This document shows positions 50,154-62,561 of a stretch of DNA of 64,000 nt, piece by piece. A program made the translations under genes and the position numbers. A model generated the notes under the pieces. It was not told the origin of the DNA. It searched no databases and worked only from the letters and a program-made list of their open reading frames with translations. This DNA comes from Leucoraja ocellata (Eukaryota). Every line of letters starts with the position of its first letter. The first letter of the stretch is position 1. Location: positions 620,001 to 684,000 of the forward strand of contig JAWMAR010000384.1 in assembly GCA_036785375.1 (NCBI GenBank), given 5' to 3'.

Positions 50154-51035
50154 GTAAGTGCGTGCCTCCGGGTAAAAACAACAGGGAAAATGCCCATCAA
50201 AATGGGTTACACCTGGGGTATGGGACCGTGTGGGAGTGTGATGTATGTGGTCAACTGCATCGTGTTGACAGCTCTGCCAGTGGAGGGAGCTGCTTTTTCT
50301 TTAGGGAACTGCTGATTTACAGCAGTGACTGAAGTATCGAACACCAAACTCCCTGCCATTGCACTTGCAGTGTAAAAGTCAGGAATATGCTGGAGCTTAG
50401 ATGCGTGCATATCGAATCTCATGCTCTGATGCTGCATTTTTCTTTTGACTGAAAGGCATTCCGTAAATTGCTCAGCCTAGAATTTGGAAAAACCTCTTAT
50501 CTGACTTTCAGCTGCATGGCATGCATGGTAGGAACAACTAGGAGGGGGCATGTTTTTTAATATATTTTTCTTAATGTATGTTTATATTTATGATACCAAC
50601 TTTTCAATATGTTTTGAAATAAAATTCTATTTTTTAATTTATTCAATATTTTTCATGTTATTAGTTTCATTTTAAGTTCCGTTTCAAACACATGTATAAT
50701 TTTTAGACATAAATTGATTCTGCCTTCCATTTTTCAATAGAGAATGAAGCTTTTTAAATAGACGAGTAAATATCAGAGGTGGAGAGTAGAATCTCTAAAA
50801 GGTGATTGGAATATTTTATGGGTGGAAAAAAGATGAGAAAGCAACAATGTATCCAAAGACGTGAAATTGTTAAGGGGAAAATATTGTTGGCAAGACTTTG
50901 GTGTTTTGGATTGGAACAGCTTTAAGCATTAATTTGATGGCATCAGATCTGAAAAAGGTTTCTGCTTCTCAATTTGGTCAGCAGTGAATGCAAACTGGGA
51001 ACATAATTGCATTTCATGTTTCCTTGTTCTTCCAG

Positions 51036-51094
51036 GGATGCAAAGAAACAGACTGTGTTGGTCAAGGATGAATCTCTGATCACTATATTATCAG
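51036..51094 (+). CDS. HIRA: HIRA exon 20
   Basis: DAKKQTVLVKDESLITILS; ttccag / gtattg. Confidence 0.92.
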
Positions 51095-51185
51095 GTATTG
51101 GACCAGCTGTGAGGCTGCAAACAAAATGTACTAACTGCAAAAGTGGGTGTGAGTGGAATCATGGAACTCTCATAGAGATTACTCT

Positions 51186-51244
51186 TGGGTAGACACAAAA
51201 TGCTGGAATAACTCAGCGGGACAGGCAGCATCTTCTTTCCTACA
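51186..51244. mobile_element. Very short fold-back Penelope-derived insertion
   Basis: Perfect 15-bp TSD CATAGAGATTACTCT. Confidence 0.75.
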
Positions 51245-54159
51245 CATAGAGATTACTCTGGTTCGCTAACAAATTACTGTTTCCCTTGACTGTCCACATT
51301 TTGTAAAGCATTTATATTCTCCTCACAACCAGCACAGTTAACGTTTTGATTCTCTTTGGTTTCAATATATTTTAGATCAGATTGAAACATATTTGGAAGT
51401 TAATGGGAATTTTCTGGTCTGGAACTGCACATGCGTAGTAAAAAGCAGAGATGAACAAAGGCTATTCTCAACTCAGCCTGATATATTTTTGTGAACTGCA
51501 CCCACATAGCTCTCTTAGTTAATGCAAAATGGCAGCTCATTAGGAGCAAGACTGAACTGTTTGGCCCACCTTCTCCTCTGCATTTTTTTGCAGATTTGCT
51601 GTTAATTCTCTGTATTTTTAGTACCCATAAAGTAAGTGCTTTCATTCTTCATTTACTGTTGCCTTAATGGCTAGACAGCTTTAATCATTCACAAGAATGA
51701 TAACAATATATTAATTTTATGTTGTGGTTTTAAAATTAAAAAATCTCTGCCATCCATCAAAAGAAAGGAAACGGATGTTGAACAGGAAGGGAGCATTTAG
51801 GAAAATAAAACGCTGGAAGCGATGGGTTGGAATACATTTTAAAAATGAGGGAGGTTTAAATACTATATAGTTTAGAGCAGACGTTGTAGACAGTAGAAAA
51901 GGCAGATGGCAAACAAAAAGGAATGTGGTTGTAAAAGGCCAGGCTCGGGGAAGCATGCTTAATGTGAAATATTGGCAGAAACAAGTCCTGGAGAAGGAGG
52001 GGTCTTTGTTCTGAGACATAAATTCATGGATAAGTCTTTAATATTGATGTTCTGGAGGGTTGGGATTAAAACTTAGCTTAGCAGGAGAGTTGTTGGGCAA
52101 AAAGGGCCAAATGTGGGAGAGAATGTGTGTGGCAGTATCGGGGAGACATAATTTATAGGGGAATAGTTGAAGTAGTCACGTCTGGAGATGATATAATTAC
52201 GCATTAGGGTTCAGCAACATATAAAACGTAAGGACAAGTGTGGGTAATATTGCAGAAGTGGAAGTGGGTGTTATTTGTTGTAGAAAATGTACAAAATATT
52301 GAGCCGTTCAGTGTCATATTTATTGAAATTGAAATGTGGCCCCTTTGGTAACGAGCTGTAAAGGCTGCAATCATGACGTTTCTTTATGTCTGCTATTTGG
52401 GTCTCCTAGAAACGTCTCTGTATCATTTTATAATTTAAAGAGACAGATTGACAAAAGAACACATTTATAGTTTGGCACGAGTAACCACCTATTCCCCCAT
52501 TTATTCGGTTTCCATGGCCATCTTGGAGTACTGCATTCCCACAACCTTTGCGTGAAGACATTTTAATAAATTTGCTGTTGAGCTTTAATGAATTTGCGAC
52601 CGTATTTTAAAATAGTACTTGAAGGTTTACTGCTGTGGATGGGATACTGATCAATGTTCATGGTCTTTGATGATGTTAAATTTGTTCAATGGTATTGAAG
52701 TTGCACTCATCCAGGCCATTGCAGAGTGTTCCCTCAGACTTGTGATTGTGACTTGTAGACAATGGAAAAGCTTTTGGGTGTTTGGTGAATCACACACTAG
52801 ACAATACTCAACTTCTGAGCTGCTCTCGTCACCACTGTATGATCCTGGCTGATTCAGTTTATTCTTTTGGTTGCTCCCAGGATGTTGATTGGGTCGGGCT
52901 GGGGGAGAGCGGTGGGAGGATATCTTGATAATGGCAGTATTCAAAAGATAGAAATGCATCTTTTTCTTTGCCTTGGAATGCTTTTTTAAATTAATCATTT
53001 AATAATTTCTCTAAATTTCTTAGCACGGTTGTAATATGCAAACATTGAGCCATTGAACGTTCCCCGAGCTGTTTTGTCAGCCGCACCTGGATGTACTGAA
53101 ACCCGAGCAGGGACTTGAGTGAACTAAAATAAAAAGTTTACACTTAATGTTTTGTCACAACAGTCTTAGTTTTTTTGCCTTTTCCTGTACATCTGTTTCC
53201 TTGGAGTCAAATCAGCTTGAGAAAAACAAACACTTCCTCTTCCATCTGCTATAGTAACGTCATGGTTAAACAACAGGCGTGTGAATTGTGAAATGCCATT
53301 GTTCAGAACTCAAGTTTTCTTTACCATCAAGTCACATAGCTTACCATTCCATTTTTTATTTACCCGGCATATCTAAATGAAGTTTCCTAACCATTGGAGT
53401 TTAATTAAAAAAGAGAAGAAAATTCTAGTGGTGCAATAAATAGGAATTCTGCTTAGTGTCCCAATCAATAATTATTTATCTTTATTATGTGGACATCTAG
53501 TCTTGTTGTACTTCAGTTACTTGAGAAATGAATTTCCACTTGAAACTTACAACTTGCCAAACACCACATCCAGTCATTCTTGGTGCGTAGCTTGTAGTAA
53601 CTATTCAGATTTGTGAAATATTTTCCTTGGAGCAAATGAGGCTAAAGGGGAATTTATTAGAATTTAGATTTATGCAGGTTATTGAAGAGGATAATAAGGA
53701 GTCACAAGAGACTGTGGATGCTTGAATCTTGAGCACAAAAACTGCTGGTGTAAATCAGTGGGTCAGTCGGCTTCTGGAGAGGAAAATGGATTGATGCTGT
53801 TCTGCAGCAGGAGACTTCTTCAGATCCAATCTGGAGAAGGATTTCAGAAAATGTAGGTATTTCTTGTGGCAGATTGTGGATAAAATGAATGAACGAGGGA
53901 AGATTAAAACTTTATTTGATCAAATAGTATCGACTTTGTTAGATCAAATGATCTAAGTACATTTTTGGGAGAATGGTGGAAAGGTTCTACATTAATTTCC
54001 AAAAAGGACGTGGGTATACTTTGAAAATGAAGTAGTAGAACTGAGGAGAAAGAGTGGAAAAAGTGGGACTAAATCTATAGGCCTTTCAGAAATGCAGCAC
54101 AGGTGTAAAGGGGTGAATGCTATGAAATTTAGTTATAGTAACTAGTTGAATACAGTGTT

Positions 54160-55012
54160 AGTCATACAGTGTGGAAACAGGCCTTCGACCCAACTTGCCT
54201 ACACTGCCCAACAACATGTCCCATCTACATTAGTCCCACTTGCCTGCGTTTGGCCCATATCGCTCTAAACCCGTCCTATCCATGTACCTGTATAATTGCT
54301 TCTTAAATGTTGAGATAGTCCCTGCCTCCACGACCTCCTTCAGCAGCTTGTTCCCTATACCCACCACCCTTTGTTTGAAAAGTTACCCCTCAGATTCTGA
54401 TAAAATCTTTCCCCTTCAATTAAACTTATGCCCTTTGGTTCTTAATTACCCTACGCTGGGCAAAAGACAATGCATCTACCCAATCAATTTCTCTCATGAT
54501 TTTATACACCTATATGAGATCACTCATCCTCCTGTGCTCCAGGGAATAGTCCCAGCCTGTCTAACCTCTCCATATAGCTCAGACCCTCGAGCCCTCGCAA
54601 CCTCCTTGTTAATCTCCTCTTCACCCTTTCCAACTTAACAACATCTTTCCTATAACATGGTGTTTAGAAATGAACACAACAATACTCCAAATGCGGCCTC
54701 ACCAATAGTTTGTATAACTGCAACATGACCTCCTAACTTCTATATTCAATACTCTGACTGATTAAGGCCAATGTGCCGAAATACTTTTTGACCACCCCAT
54801 CATCCTTTTGTGATGCCTCCTTCAAGGAACTATGTACCTGCACTCCTCGATCTCTCTGTTCTGCAACACTTCCCAGAGGCCTACCATTCACTGTGTAGGT
54901 CCTGCCCAGGTTAGACTTTCCAAAGTCCAACACCTCACACTTCTCTGTTTTAAATTCCATCAACCATACCTCAGCCCACATGGCCAAGGTATCGAGATTC
55001 TGCTGCAATTTT
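54160..55012 (-). mobile_element. CR1 LINE 3' fragment
   Basis: WLMEFKTEKCEVLDFG peptide; CR1 3' UTR. Confidence 0.85.
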
Positions 55013-55305
55013 GATAACCATTTTCAGATGGTTCAGTGTTGTTTTCAAAATACAAACCTTTTCATCCGCAGCTCATTATTAACTTCTCCACAAATCGGTT
55101 AATTGGGTTTGAGTTCTTAGATTTGCCTTTTACTTAGCTAAAAGAAGATCGTAAGCAAACTAAGACTCTTTCTGTTAATGTGAAGCTACTTTGCAGTAAT
55201 TTGATTCAAGAATCTGGAGAAAATTGGTACAAGGCAATTGTGTATGAATTTGATCTTTTGTGTACTCAGTGCTGCAATAGCTAAACACAGGCACTCCCCG
55301 ACTTA

Positions 55306-56931
55306 CAGTGCCCTCCTTGATTTTTGGGACAAAGACCCATCATTTATTTACTTGCCTCTGTATACCACAATTTGAGATTTGTATTTGAAAAAAAACTATA
55401 TGTGGTTAAAGTGCACATTGTCAGATTTTAATGAAGGCTATTTTTATACATTTTGGTTTCACCATGTAGAAATTACAGCAGTGTTTATACATAGTTGTCG
55501 TCCCCCCCCCCCCCCCCCCCCCCCCAATTCAGGGCACCAAAATGTTTGGGACACAGTAATGTCATGTATATAAAAGTAGTCATGTTTAGTATTCTGTTGC
55601 ATATCCTTTGCATGCAATGACTGCTTGAAGTCGGCGATTCATGGACATCACCAGTTGCTGGGTGTCTTCTCTGGTGATGCTCTGCCAGGCCTGTATTGCA
55701 GCCATCTTCAGCTTATGCTTGTTTTAGGGGCTAGCCCCCTTCAGTTTTCTCTTCAGCATATGAAAGGTATGCTCAATTGGGTTCAGATCGGGTGATTGAC
55801 TTGGCCACTCAAGAATTGACCATTTTGTAGCTTTGAAAAACTCCTTTGTTGCTTTAGCAATATGTTTGGGATCATTGTCTTGCTGTTGAATGAACTGCCG
55901 GCCAATGAGTTTTGAGGCATTTGTTTGAACTTGATCAGATAGGATGTGTCGATACACTTCAGAATTCATGATGTTACTACCATCAGCTGGTTGTATCATC
56001 AATGACGATAAGTGAGCCAGTACCTTCAGCAGCCATGCATGCCCAGGCCAAAACACCCCACCACCGTGTTTCACAGATGAGGTGGTATGCTTTGGATCTT
56101 GGGCAGTTCCTTCTCTCCTACATACTTTGCTCTTGCCATCACTCTGTTATGTTAATCTTAGTCTCAGCTGTCCACAAGACCTTTTTTCAGAGCTGTGGCT
56201 GCTCTTTTAAGTACTTGGCAAACTGTAACCTGGCCATCCTATATTTGCGTCTAAACAGTGGTTTGCTTCTTACAGTGTACCTCTGTATTTCTGTTCATGA
56301 AGTCTTCTGCAGATAGTGGTCATTGACAAATCCACACCTGACTCCTGAAGAGTGTTTCTGATCTGTCGGACAGGTGTTTGGGGATTTTTCTTTATTATCG
56401 AGAGAATTCTTCTATCATCAGCTGTGGAGGTCTTCCTTGGCCTGCCAGACCCTTTGCGATTACCAAGCTCACCAGTGCTATCTTTCTTAATGATGTTCCA
56501 AAGGGTTAATTTTGGTAAGCCTAAGGTTTGGCTGATGTCTCTAACAGTTTTATTCTTGTTTCTCAGCCTCATAATGGCTTCTTTGACTTTATTCTTTGCA
56601 ATAAAAGTTTCCAAGGGTGTTGGAAAGACTGGAGGAAAGACTAGGTGCTGTGAGCTCTCTTATACCTGCATTTAATGAGGCAGTTAAACACGCCTGAGCA
56701 ATTACAAACGCCTGTGAAGCCATGTGTCCCAAACATTATGGTGCCCTGAAATGGAGGGACTATGTATAAACACAGCTGTAATTTATACATGGTGAAGCCA
56801 AAATGTATAAAATATGACAATGTGCACTTTAACCACATGTGATTTTTTTCTATTACGAATCTCAAATTGTGGAGTACAAAGGCAAATAAATAAATGATGG
56901 GTCTTTGACCTAAACATTATGGAGGGCACTG
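55306..56931 (-). mobile_element. Tc1/mariner DNA transposon (DD34E, IR/DR type) with frameshifted transposase
   Basis: TA-CAGTGCCCTCC...GGAGGGCACTG-TA ends. TIRs of ~210-250 bp carry inner and outer direct repeats. Peptides GRPRKT, QQDNDPKH and WPSQSPDLNPIE, with 34 residues between D and E. Confidence 0.95.
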
Positions 56932-57127
56932 TATGCAGTAGGGCCCTTAAGTAAACTTACACTTGCGCTTTATTTCCGAGCGCACATCTTGGCACTCTCA
57001 GAAGCAGTGCACCACTGCACATGCAGCCGTTTTCGCAAGCCAGTCAGCTGAACTCGTGGATGCTCCCACTGATACCCCACTGTATGAATAGTGAATGATG
57101 CATGCGTAGTATTACTTCAGTTTCCGA

Positions 57128-57341
57128 CTGTGGAATTCTCTGCCTCAGAGGGCGGTGGAGGCAGGTTCTCTGGATGCTTTCAAGAGAGAGCTAGATAGGG
57201 CTCTTAAAAATAGCGGAGTCATGGGATATGGGGAGAAGGAAGAAACGGGGTACTGATTGGGGATGATCAGCCATGATGACATTGAATGGCGGTGCTGGCT
57301 CGAAGGGCCGAATGGCCTACTCCTACACCTATTGTCTATTG
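57128..57341 (+). mobile_element. CR1 3' end
   Basis: Near-identical to 40854-41065. Confidence 0.85.
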
Positions 57342-57760
57342 ATCAGTGTAACATCTGACTACACAACCCTGGGGTTAGTCGGGAAGTGTCTGTATACTGG
57401 GTTCCATTTAAAACCATCGTTGTTACAGTGCAAAATTATCCATGGCCCTGTAATGTTTGACACAATGCTGTATTACACAGTCCATTGCAATGAATAAGTT
57501 ATCAGGTGGCTGCATTACGGAATAAACTGTAAACCCAGACGAAGGTGCCACATTGAGCTTTGTCCATCTGGATTTAAGGGTCCATCATAATCCTTTTCTC
57601 GGATGTCATGTTGCAGAAGGCATTGTTTTCCCAGACCCTTAAAAGAGTTGCCCCTGGATTATATGTTAAGGAATAATGTGCAGTCCCTGACACTGTAAGC
57701 TGAATAACATGAAGTAATCTGTAGGCTAAGCTTTAAGATACTCTTGCATTTTGTTCACAG

Positions 57761-57866
57761 GTAATGATACCACTATAACCCAATCGCTGCTTACACATCA
57801 TGGCGTTCCGGTGGTAACTTTGTCCAATGGCAAGTCATACTGCTTCAATACATCCCTTTGCACATG
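57761..57866 (+). CDS. HIRA: HIRA exon 21
   Basis: NDTTITQSLLTHHGVPVVTLSNGKSYCFNTSLCTW; tcacag / gtaaga. Confidence 0.95.
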
Positions 57867-58255
57867 GTAAGAAATTAATGTTTTATTGGTTGAAAAGAGC
57901 CTTGTCTAAAACAGTAAAAAATAAAATGGGAAAAGTTGTTTTTAATTAGAACAAATGATCATTGCAGGACAGGAGAGAGCAGCTTTGGCATGTGTTTTAT
58001 GTCAATAAAGGAATAGATTCTATACTTTTCTCTTGTGTAAGACTTTTCCATAGTGACCTTCAATCACCTTTCCAATGCACCAACGCAACATTGCGTCTGC
58101 AATGGTCCCAACCTCATATGGGCGTGGCAAGGTTTTCCATTCTACTCGTGTTGAATGGCGTCAACATACGCTTAAATGCTATTTCTTGCTACCATTATTC
58201 ATGACTTTGGCGTGAACATTGTGGTTTGCCCCAACTGCAATCCATCCTCCTCTCA

Positions 58256-58695
58256 GAACATAGAACAGTACAACACAGGAACAGGCCATTTGACCTGCAA
58301 TATCAGCATGATGCCAAGTTAAATGAATCTCCTCTATCTGCAGGTGATCCATATCCCTCCATTCCCTGCATATCTATGTGCCTATCTGAAAGCCTCTTAA
58401 ACTCCACCATCACATCTGCCTCAACAAACACCCTTGGCAATACATTCTAGGCACCTTATACTCTCAGTATAAAAAATCTTGCTCCCTGCAATTCTTTTAA
58501 ACTTTGCCCCTCTCACTATAAAGCTATGCGCTCTAGGCTTTGACATTTCCACCCTTGGTGGGGGGGGGGGGGGGGGGGGGAAGGTTCTGTCGATCCACCC
58601 TATCAATGCCTCTAATAATTTTATATACTTGCATCAGGTTTTCTCAGCCTCTGATGCTCGAGAGAAAACAATCCAAGTATGCCTTTATAGCTAAC
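58256..58695 (-). mobile_element. CR1 3' fragment
   Basis: agaacatagaacagtac... tail and RT C-terminal remnants. Confidence 0.75.
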
Positions 58696-58744
58696 ACATG
58701 ATTCAATACTTGAGCTAATACATGCATTTTCCTTCCACTTTTTC

Positions 58745-58860
58745 ATTCCTCCCCACCCCCCATCAGTCTGAAGAAGGGTTTTGACCCGAAACGTCGCCTA
58801 TTTCCTTCGCTCCATAGATGCTGCTGCACCCGCTGAGTTTCTCCAGCATTTTTGTGTACA
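58745..58860 (+). mobile_element. Penelope-derived repeat with intact hammerhead core
   Basis: ccccatcagt-CTGAAGA-A-GGGTTTTGACCC-GAAACGTC. Confidence 0.8.
58765..58798 (+). ncRNA. Candidate minimal type I hammerhead ribozyme
   Basis: CUGANGA, extra A, 4-bp helix II, GAAA, palindromic ACGU minimal helix III and GUC site. Helix I is only ~2 bp, so activity is uncertain. Confidence 0.5.
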
Positions 58861-59439
58861 TTGATTCAATTAATGTCCCCAAATTCATGAATTCCAAAGT
58901 TCCAAACTCTGACTGAATGTGTTTCTCAAGCGATTGACGGTATGAGGTGAACAGAACAAGTATGTATCCTTAGAAAGATTGAAATCAACTTGTTTTTCAT
59001 CTTGAAGTCTGATAGTGTCACCCTTCCTTTCCTGATGACTCGGGTGAGCCGGGCATTACACAACCTCTCCGTTCATCATCTAATCTTCTGTTTCCTTAAC
59101 ACATTGCTGGCCTTTACTTTTTCTTCTAATACCTTGAGACCTATATTTGTGCCATTTGTTAGTTCCAGATATTCACACTTAAGTACTGTCTTTACTCATT
59201 TTCCAGACTATAGACAAATGTCTATTCCATCTCCACCGTCAACCCTTTAAGTATAATTTGCCCGTCCATCCTAGCCAATTCCCGTCTCATACTTTAAGTC
59301 TCCTTTCTTTAAGTTCAGGACCCTAGTCTCTGACTTAGCGTGTCACTTTCCATCCTAATGCAGAATTCAACCATATTATGGTCACTGTTGCCCAAGGGGC
59401 TCTGCACAACAAGATCGCTCACTAAGCCTTCCTCATTAC

Positions 59440-59705
59440 GTTTAGTTTAGTTTACTGCAACACAGTGTGGAAACAAGCCCTTCGACTGCTGATAATCTCC
59501 TCTACACTAGTTCAATGTTATCGAGCTTTGTATCTTACACACTGGAGGGAATTTTACTGAAGCCAATTACCTACAAACCAGTGCACCTGGAGAAAACCCA
59601 CCCGGTCACAGGGAGAACGTACAAACTTCATAATGACAGTACCCATAGTCGGGGTCGAACCTTGGCCTTTGGTGCTGTAAGGCAGTAACTCTACCCCTGT
59701 GCTGC
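59440..59705 (-). mobile_element. V-SINE (HE1-like)
   Basis: ggagaaaacccacccggtcacagggagaacgtacaaact...ggtcgaacc. Confidence 0.7.
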
Positions 59706-60326
59706 TGAGCAGCTTGATGCAATACCATTTCAGATTCAGATTCAGATTTGGTTCTATTGTGACTAGCAAGCTACGTGAATTGTTAAATGGCACCATCTTT
59801 GAAAGGTTTAACCAGGTGGTGGCCACTATCATGAAAGAAAATGAGATTATGGAGGAGATGCAGTGCTGTATTTCCTGGAAAATAGGAGTTTAAGGTTTAC
59901 AAGACTTTGTACTACACATAGCAGAGAGGAGAGGATTAATTATGCATCAACTTGCTTGTGTGGATGTTCATTGCTGGCAAAGAGGCATAACTTGAGGATC
60001 AATGTCAAAATATGACAGAAAATGTACATTAAAAGGTTATTAGAAGATGGAGTTATGACCACGAAGGGCAATTAAGGTCATATCAATCTGAGCATTTTAG
60101 GAATGAGGTAAACAGTGAAGGGATAACATCCCAAGGTTTGTTGGGAAATAGCAGGAAATGAGATTAGTGTGGCAAGCAGTCATTCTTTGGAGATATCTAG
60201 TGTGATGTGCTGAATCAATACTTCATTGCTGTACAGCAATTTCAACAATCATCTGATTAGTATTTAAGGATAAAGCGGATGCCATTAAATGCACAGCGCT
60301 GGCAAGTTATTTGTGGGTAACAGTTC

Positions 60327-60391
60327 CATTATTATTCTGTGAATGAAAGATTGCACTCTGTATGCAATATTTCATTCACAGAATAATAATG
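60327..60391. repeat. 29-bp inverted repeat with 7-nt loop
   Basis: CATTATTATTCTGTGAATGAAAGATTGCA-ctctgta-TGCAATATTTCATTCACAGAATAATAATG, one mismatch. Confidence 0.95.
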
Positions 60392-61989
60392 TAATTGTGA
60401 ATGTAATTGTGAATTGTGAATGCAGCATTGCTGCAGTGATCATGGCCATCATGGTTGTGATGATTCTGACTAGGAACTAAACACTTAATTTCACTCCATT
60501 TGTCTTAGCAACGCTATTCTTTCTTTCTAAATATATATTTGCTTCTCTTTAAATTTTGGTTTGGATTTGGAGATTCCAAGCTGGTCAATGCAATCTGAGA
60601 GTCTCTGAAAGCTTGATGGACAGACTGGTCCTTGTCGATTCATCAGAAAGCTCCTGTCCTTTGGCGTCAATGCAAGCTTCCTTTGTCAGAATGCTTTGCA
60701 CTGCAGCTCTTTATTGTGTAACTCTCTCAAACTTTGTGCATGGTCTCAAAATGCTTCGAATAAGTTTTACTTAAAGTTTTTTTGAAACATTATTTTCTTA
60801 CTTGCATTGCTCACCTCTAATGGCAGCTTTCTTGTTGGTCTGAAGATGAACAAACCTAAAAATATGTAACTAATACCAGTTAACTGATTTGACTAACTGG
60901 GGAGTTGCTTGTACTTTCAAATAGATCTAACTCAGTAGTTGTACATTCATAAATAGTGCTCTGGGGTGTGTTTTTAATCAGATGTAGATATTTTGTGTGC
61001 TCGGGATTTCCCCTTGGTATAAACAATCTATTTTGTGGGCAGCACACTGGTGCTGTTTGTAAAGATAATAAACCGACCATTCAGATATGTTTCTGTGCAT
61101 TGGCCACTCACAGGGGAAGGACCAGCATTCGCTGGGGTTGCACGAATCCCAGGCTACGCAGGTGCACATCCACACCATAGCTTCTCACAAAATTATCCGC
61201 TTTGGAACCCTGTTGACATATCATGCAAATATATTGAACTATGCCTTTTTCTGTTTGATATCTGTTATGATTAAATGATTTGGCAGTTATAAATTATTAA
61301 CATTTGAGAATAGCTCTGGTTGTTTTTTTCCCACTGTGACCAATGTTGTAATTGCAGCTTCCAAATGTAATAGTTATATTTTGTCAAAAGTATAAAGGGA
61401 AGATTTTGTTAAAGCAAACTTGCAGTAAAATCTGGTAACCATTGTGAAATCTTAGTCGGTATAAACCTGAAATGGAGCTAGCCCATATATCTGATCGGTG
61501 AAGGTTAAGGGAACAGATTATTCGTCATATAATTTGGCACTCATTTCCCAGTATCTATAAGTGTGTGTTCTGTCCAAACTGAGTTATTATTTATGTCACT
61601 GGATCACTACCGAGCATCACGAAAACAGAGAGAGCAGATGAATCAGACTCTGTGCTTAATCAGAAATAAAGTCATGGAAATTCCTGTACAGCTCCCAGTC
61701 TCCCTTCCCAGAAAACACCATGTAGTCCAGTATTAACCCCTACAGGATGCAATAAACTTCCCAACACCCTTTCTCTTTGATAAGCTTTCAAGACATTCAT
61801 GTATCCTGACGCTATAACCCATTTGGGGATATATGTATTGGGGCAGAGACACACGCAGCCCAGTAACTTTTACATCCCCCCTTTATCATCACGAAAGAAT
61901 AAGATGACCACGGTTTTCACCGACACCTATCCGGTAATCTCTGTAATCACTAATAGTCTGACACCTGCAAGTGACTTTCCACAAACGTT

Positions 61990-62333
61990 TGTAAATATGA
62001 GAGAAGTAGATCGGGTAGACACAGTGTCTTGCCCATAGTAGGAATTGAGAACCAGAGGATGTAGCTTTAGTGTGAGGGGGCATAGATTTAATAGGAACCT
62101 GATGGATAACCTTTTCACGTAAATGATGGTAGGTGTATCGAACGAGCTGCCGGAGGAGACGGTTGAGACCGGTTCCATCGCAGCATTCAAGAAACACTTG
62201 GTGCATTTAGAGGACAGGTTTAGAGGGATGTGGGCCAAATGCAGGCAGGTGGGATTAAGGTAGATGGGACATGTTGGCCAGTGTGGGCAAATTGGGCTGA
62301 AGGGCCTGTTTCCATGCTGTAAGACTCTATGAC
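61990..62333 (+). mobile_element. CR1 3' fragment
   Basis: gagaaccagagg...gggctgaagggcctgtttccatgctgtaagactctatgac. Confidence 0.75.
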
Positions 62334-62438
62334 CATATAATGATCTGACACCAGAGAGGGATGATGCGGGTAGTCCGGTAAGATTGATTTGTATCAACCT
62401 GTTCAGGGCTTTTACCTCACGGTTTCTTTATTTTCCAG

Positions 62439-62561
62439 GAATTTGATCTCGGATAAGCAAGATTCGCTGGTTCAGTGTGCAGATTATCGCAGCTGTTTAA
62501 CTTCCCAGGAGGCCATGTTGTGTTCTGGACCCTTAGCTACAGTGCAGGGATGTGGAATAAA
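62439..62561 (+). CDS. HIRA: HIRA exon 22
   Basis: NLISDKQDSLVQCADYRSCLTSQEAMLCSGPLATVQG; ttccag / gtaagt. Confidence 0.95.

Larger units (their letters stand above)
55288..57392. mobile_element. Tigger/pogo-like MITE interrupted by the Tc1 and a CR1 3' fragment
   Basis: Left end CAGGCACTCCCCGACTTA; the right end reverse-complements to CAGACACTTCCCGACTAA and is followed by TA. Confidence 0.65.
4862..62561 (+). other. HIRA: HIRA gene (histone H3.3 chaperone), coding exons 1-22; 3' exons outside the window
   Basis: 22 GT-AG exons join in frame (2678 nt). WD40 N-terminus [34 protein letters not shown], B-domain KKQIETRTADGRRRITP, KKGRPRK and C-terminal Hira domain. Confidence 0.98.

Noticed and set aside
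4862-62561. Non-canonical (U12 or GC-AG) introns in HIRA
   Set aside because: All inferred boundaries are GT-AG, without the U12 GTATCCT donor signature.
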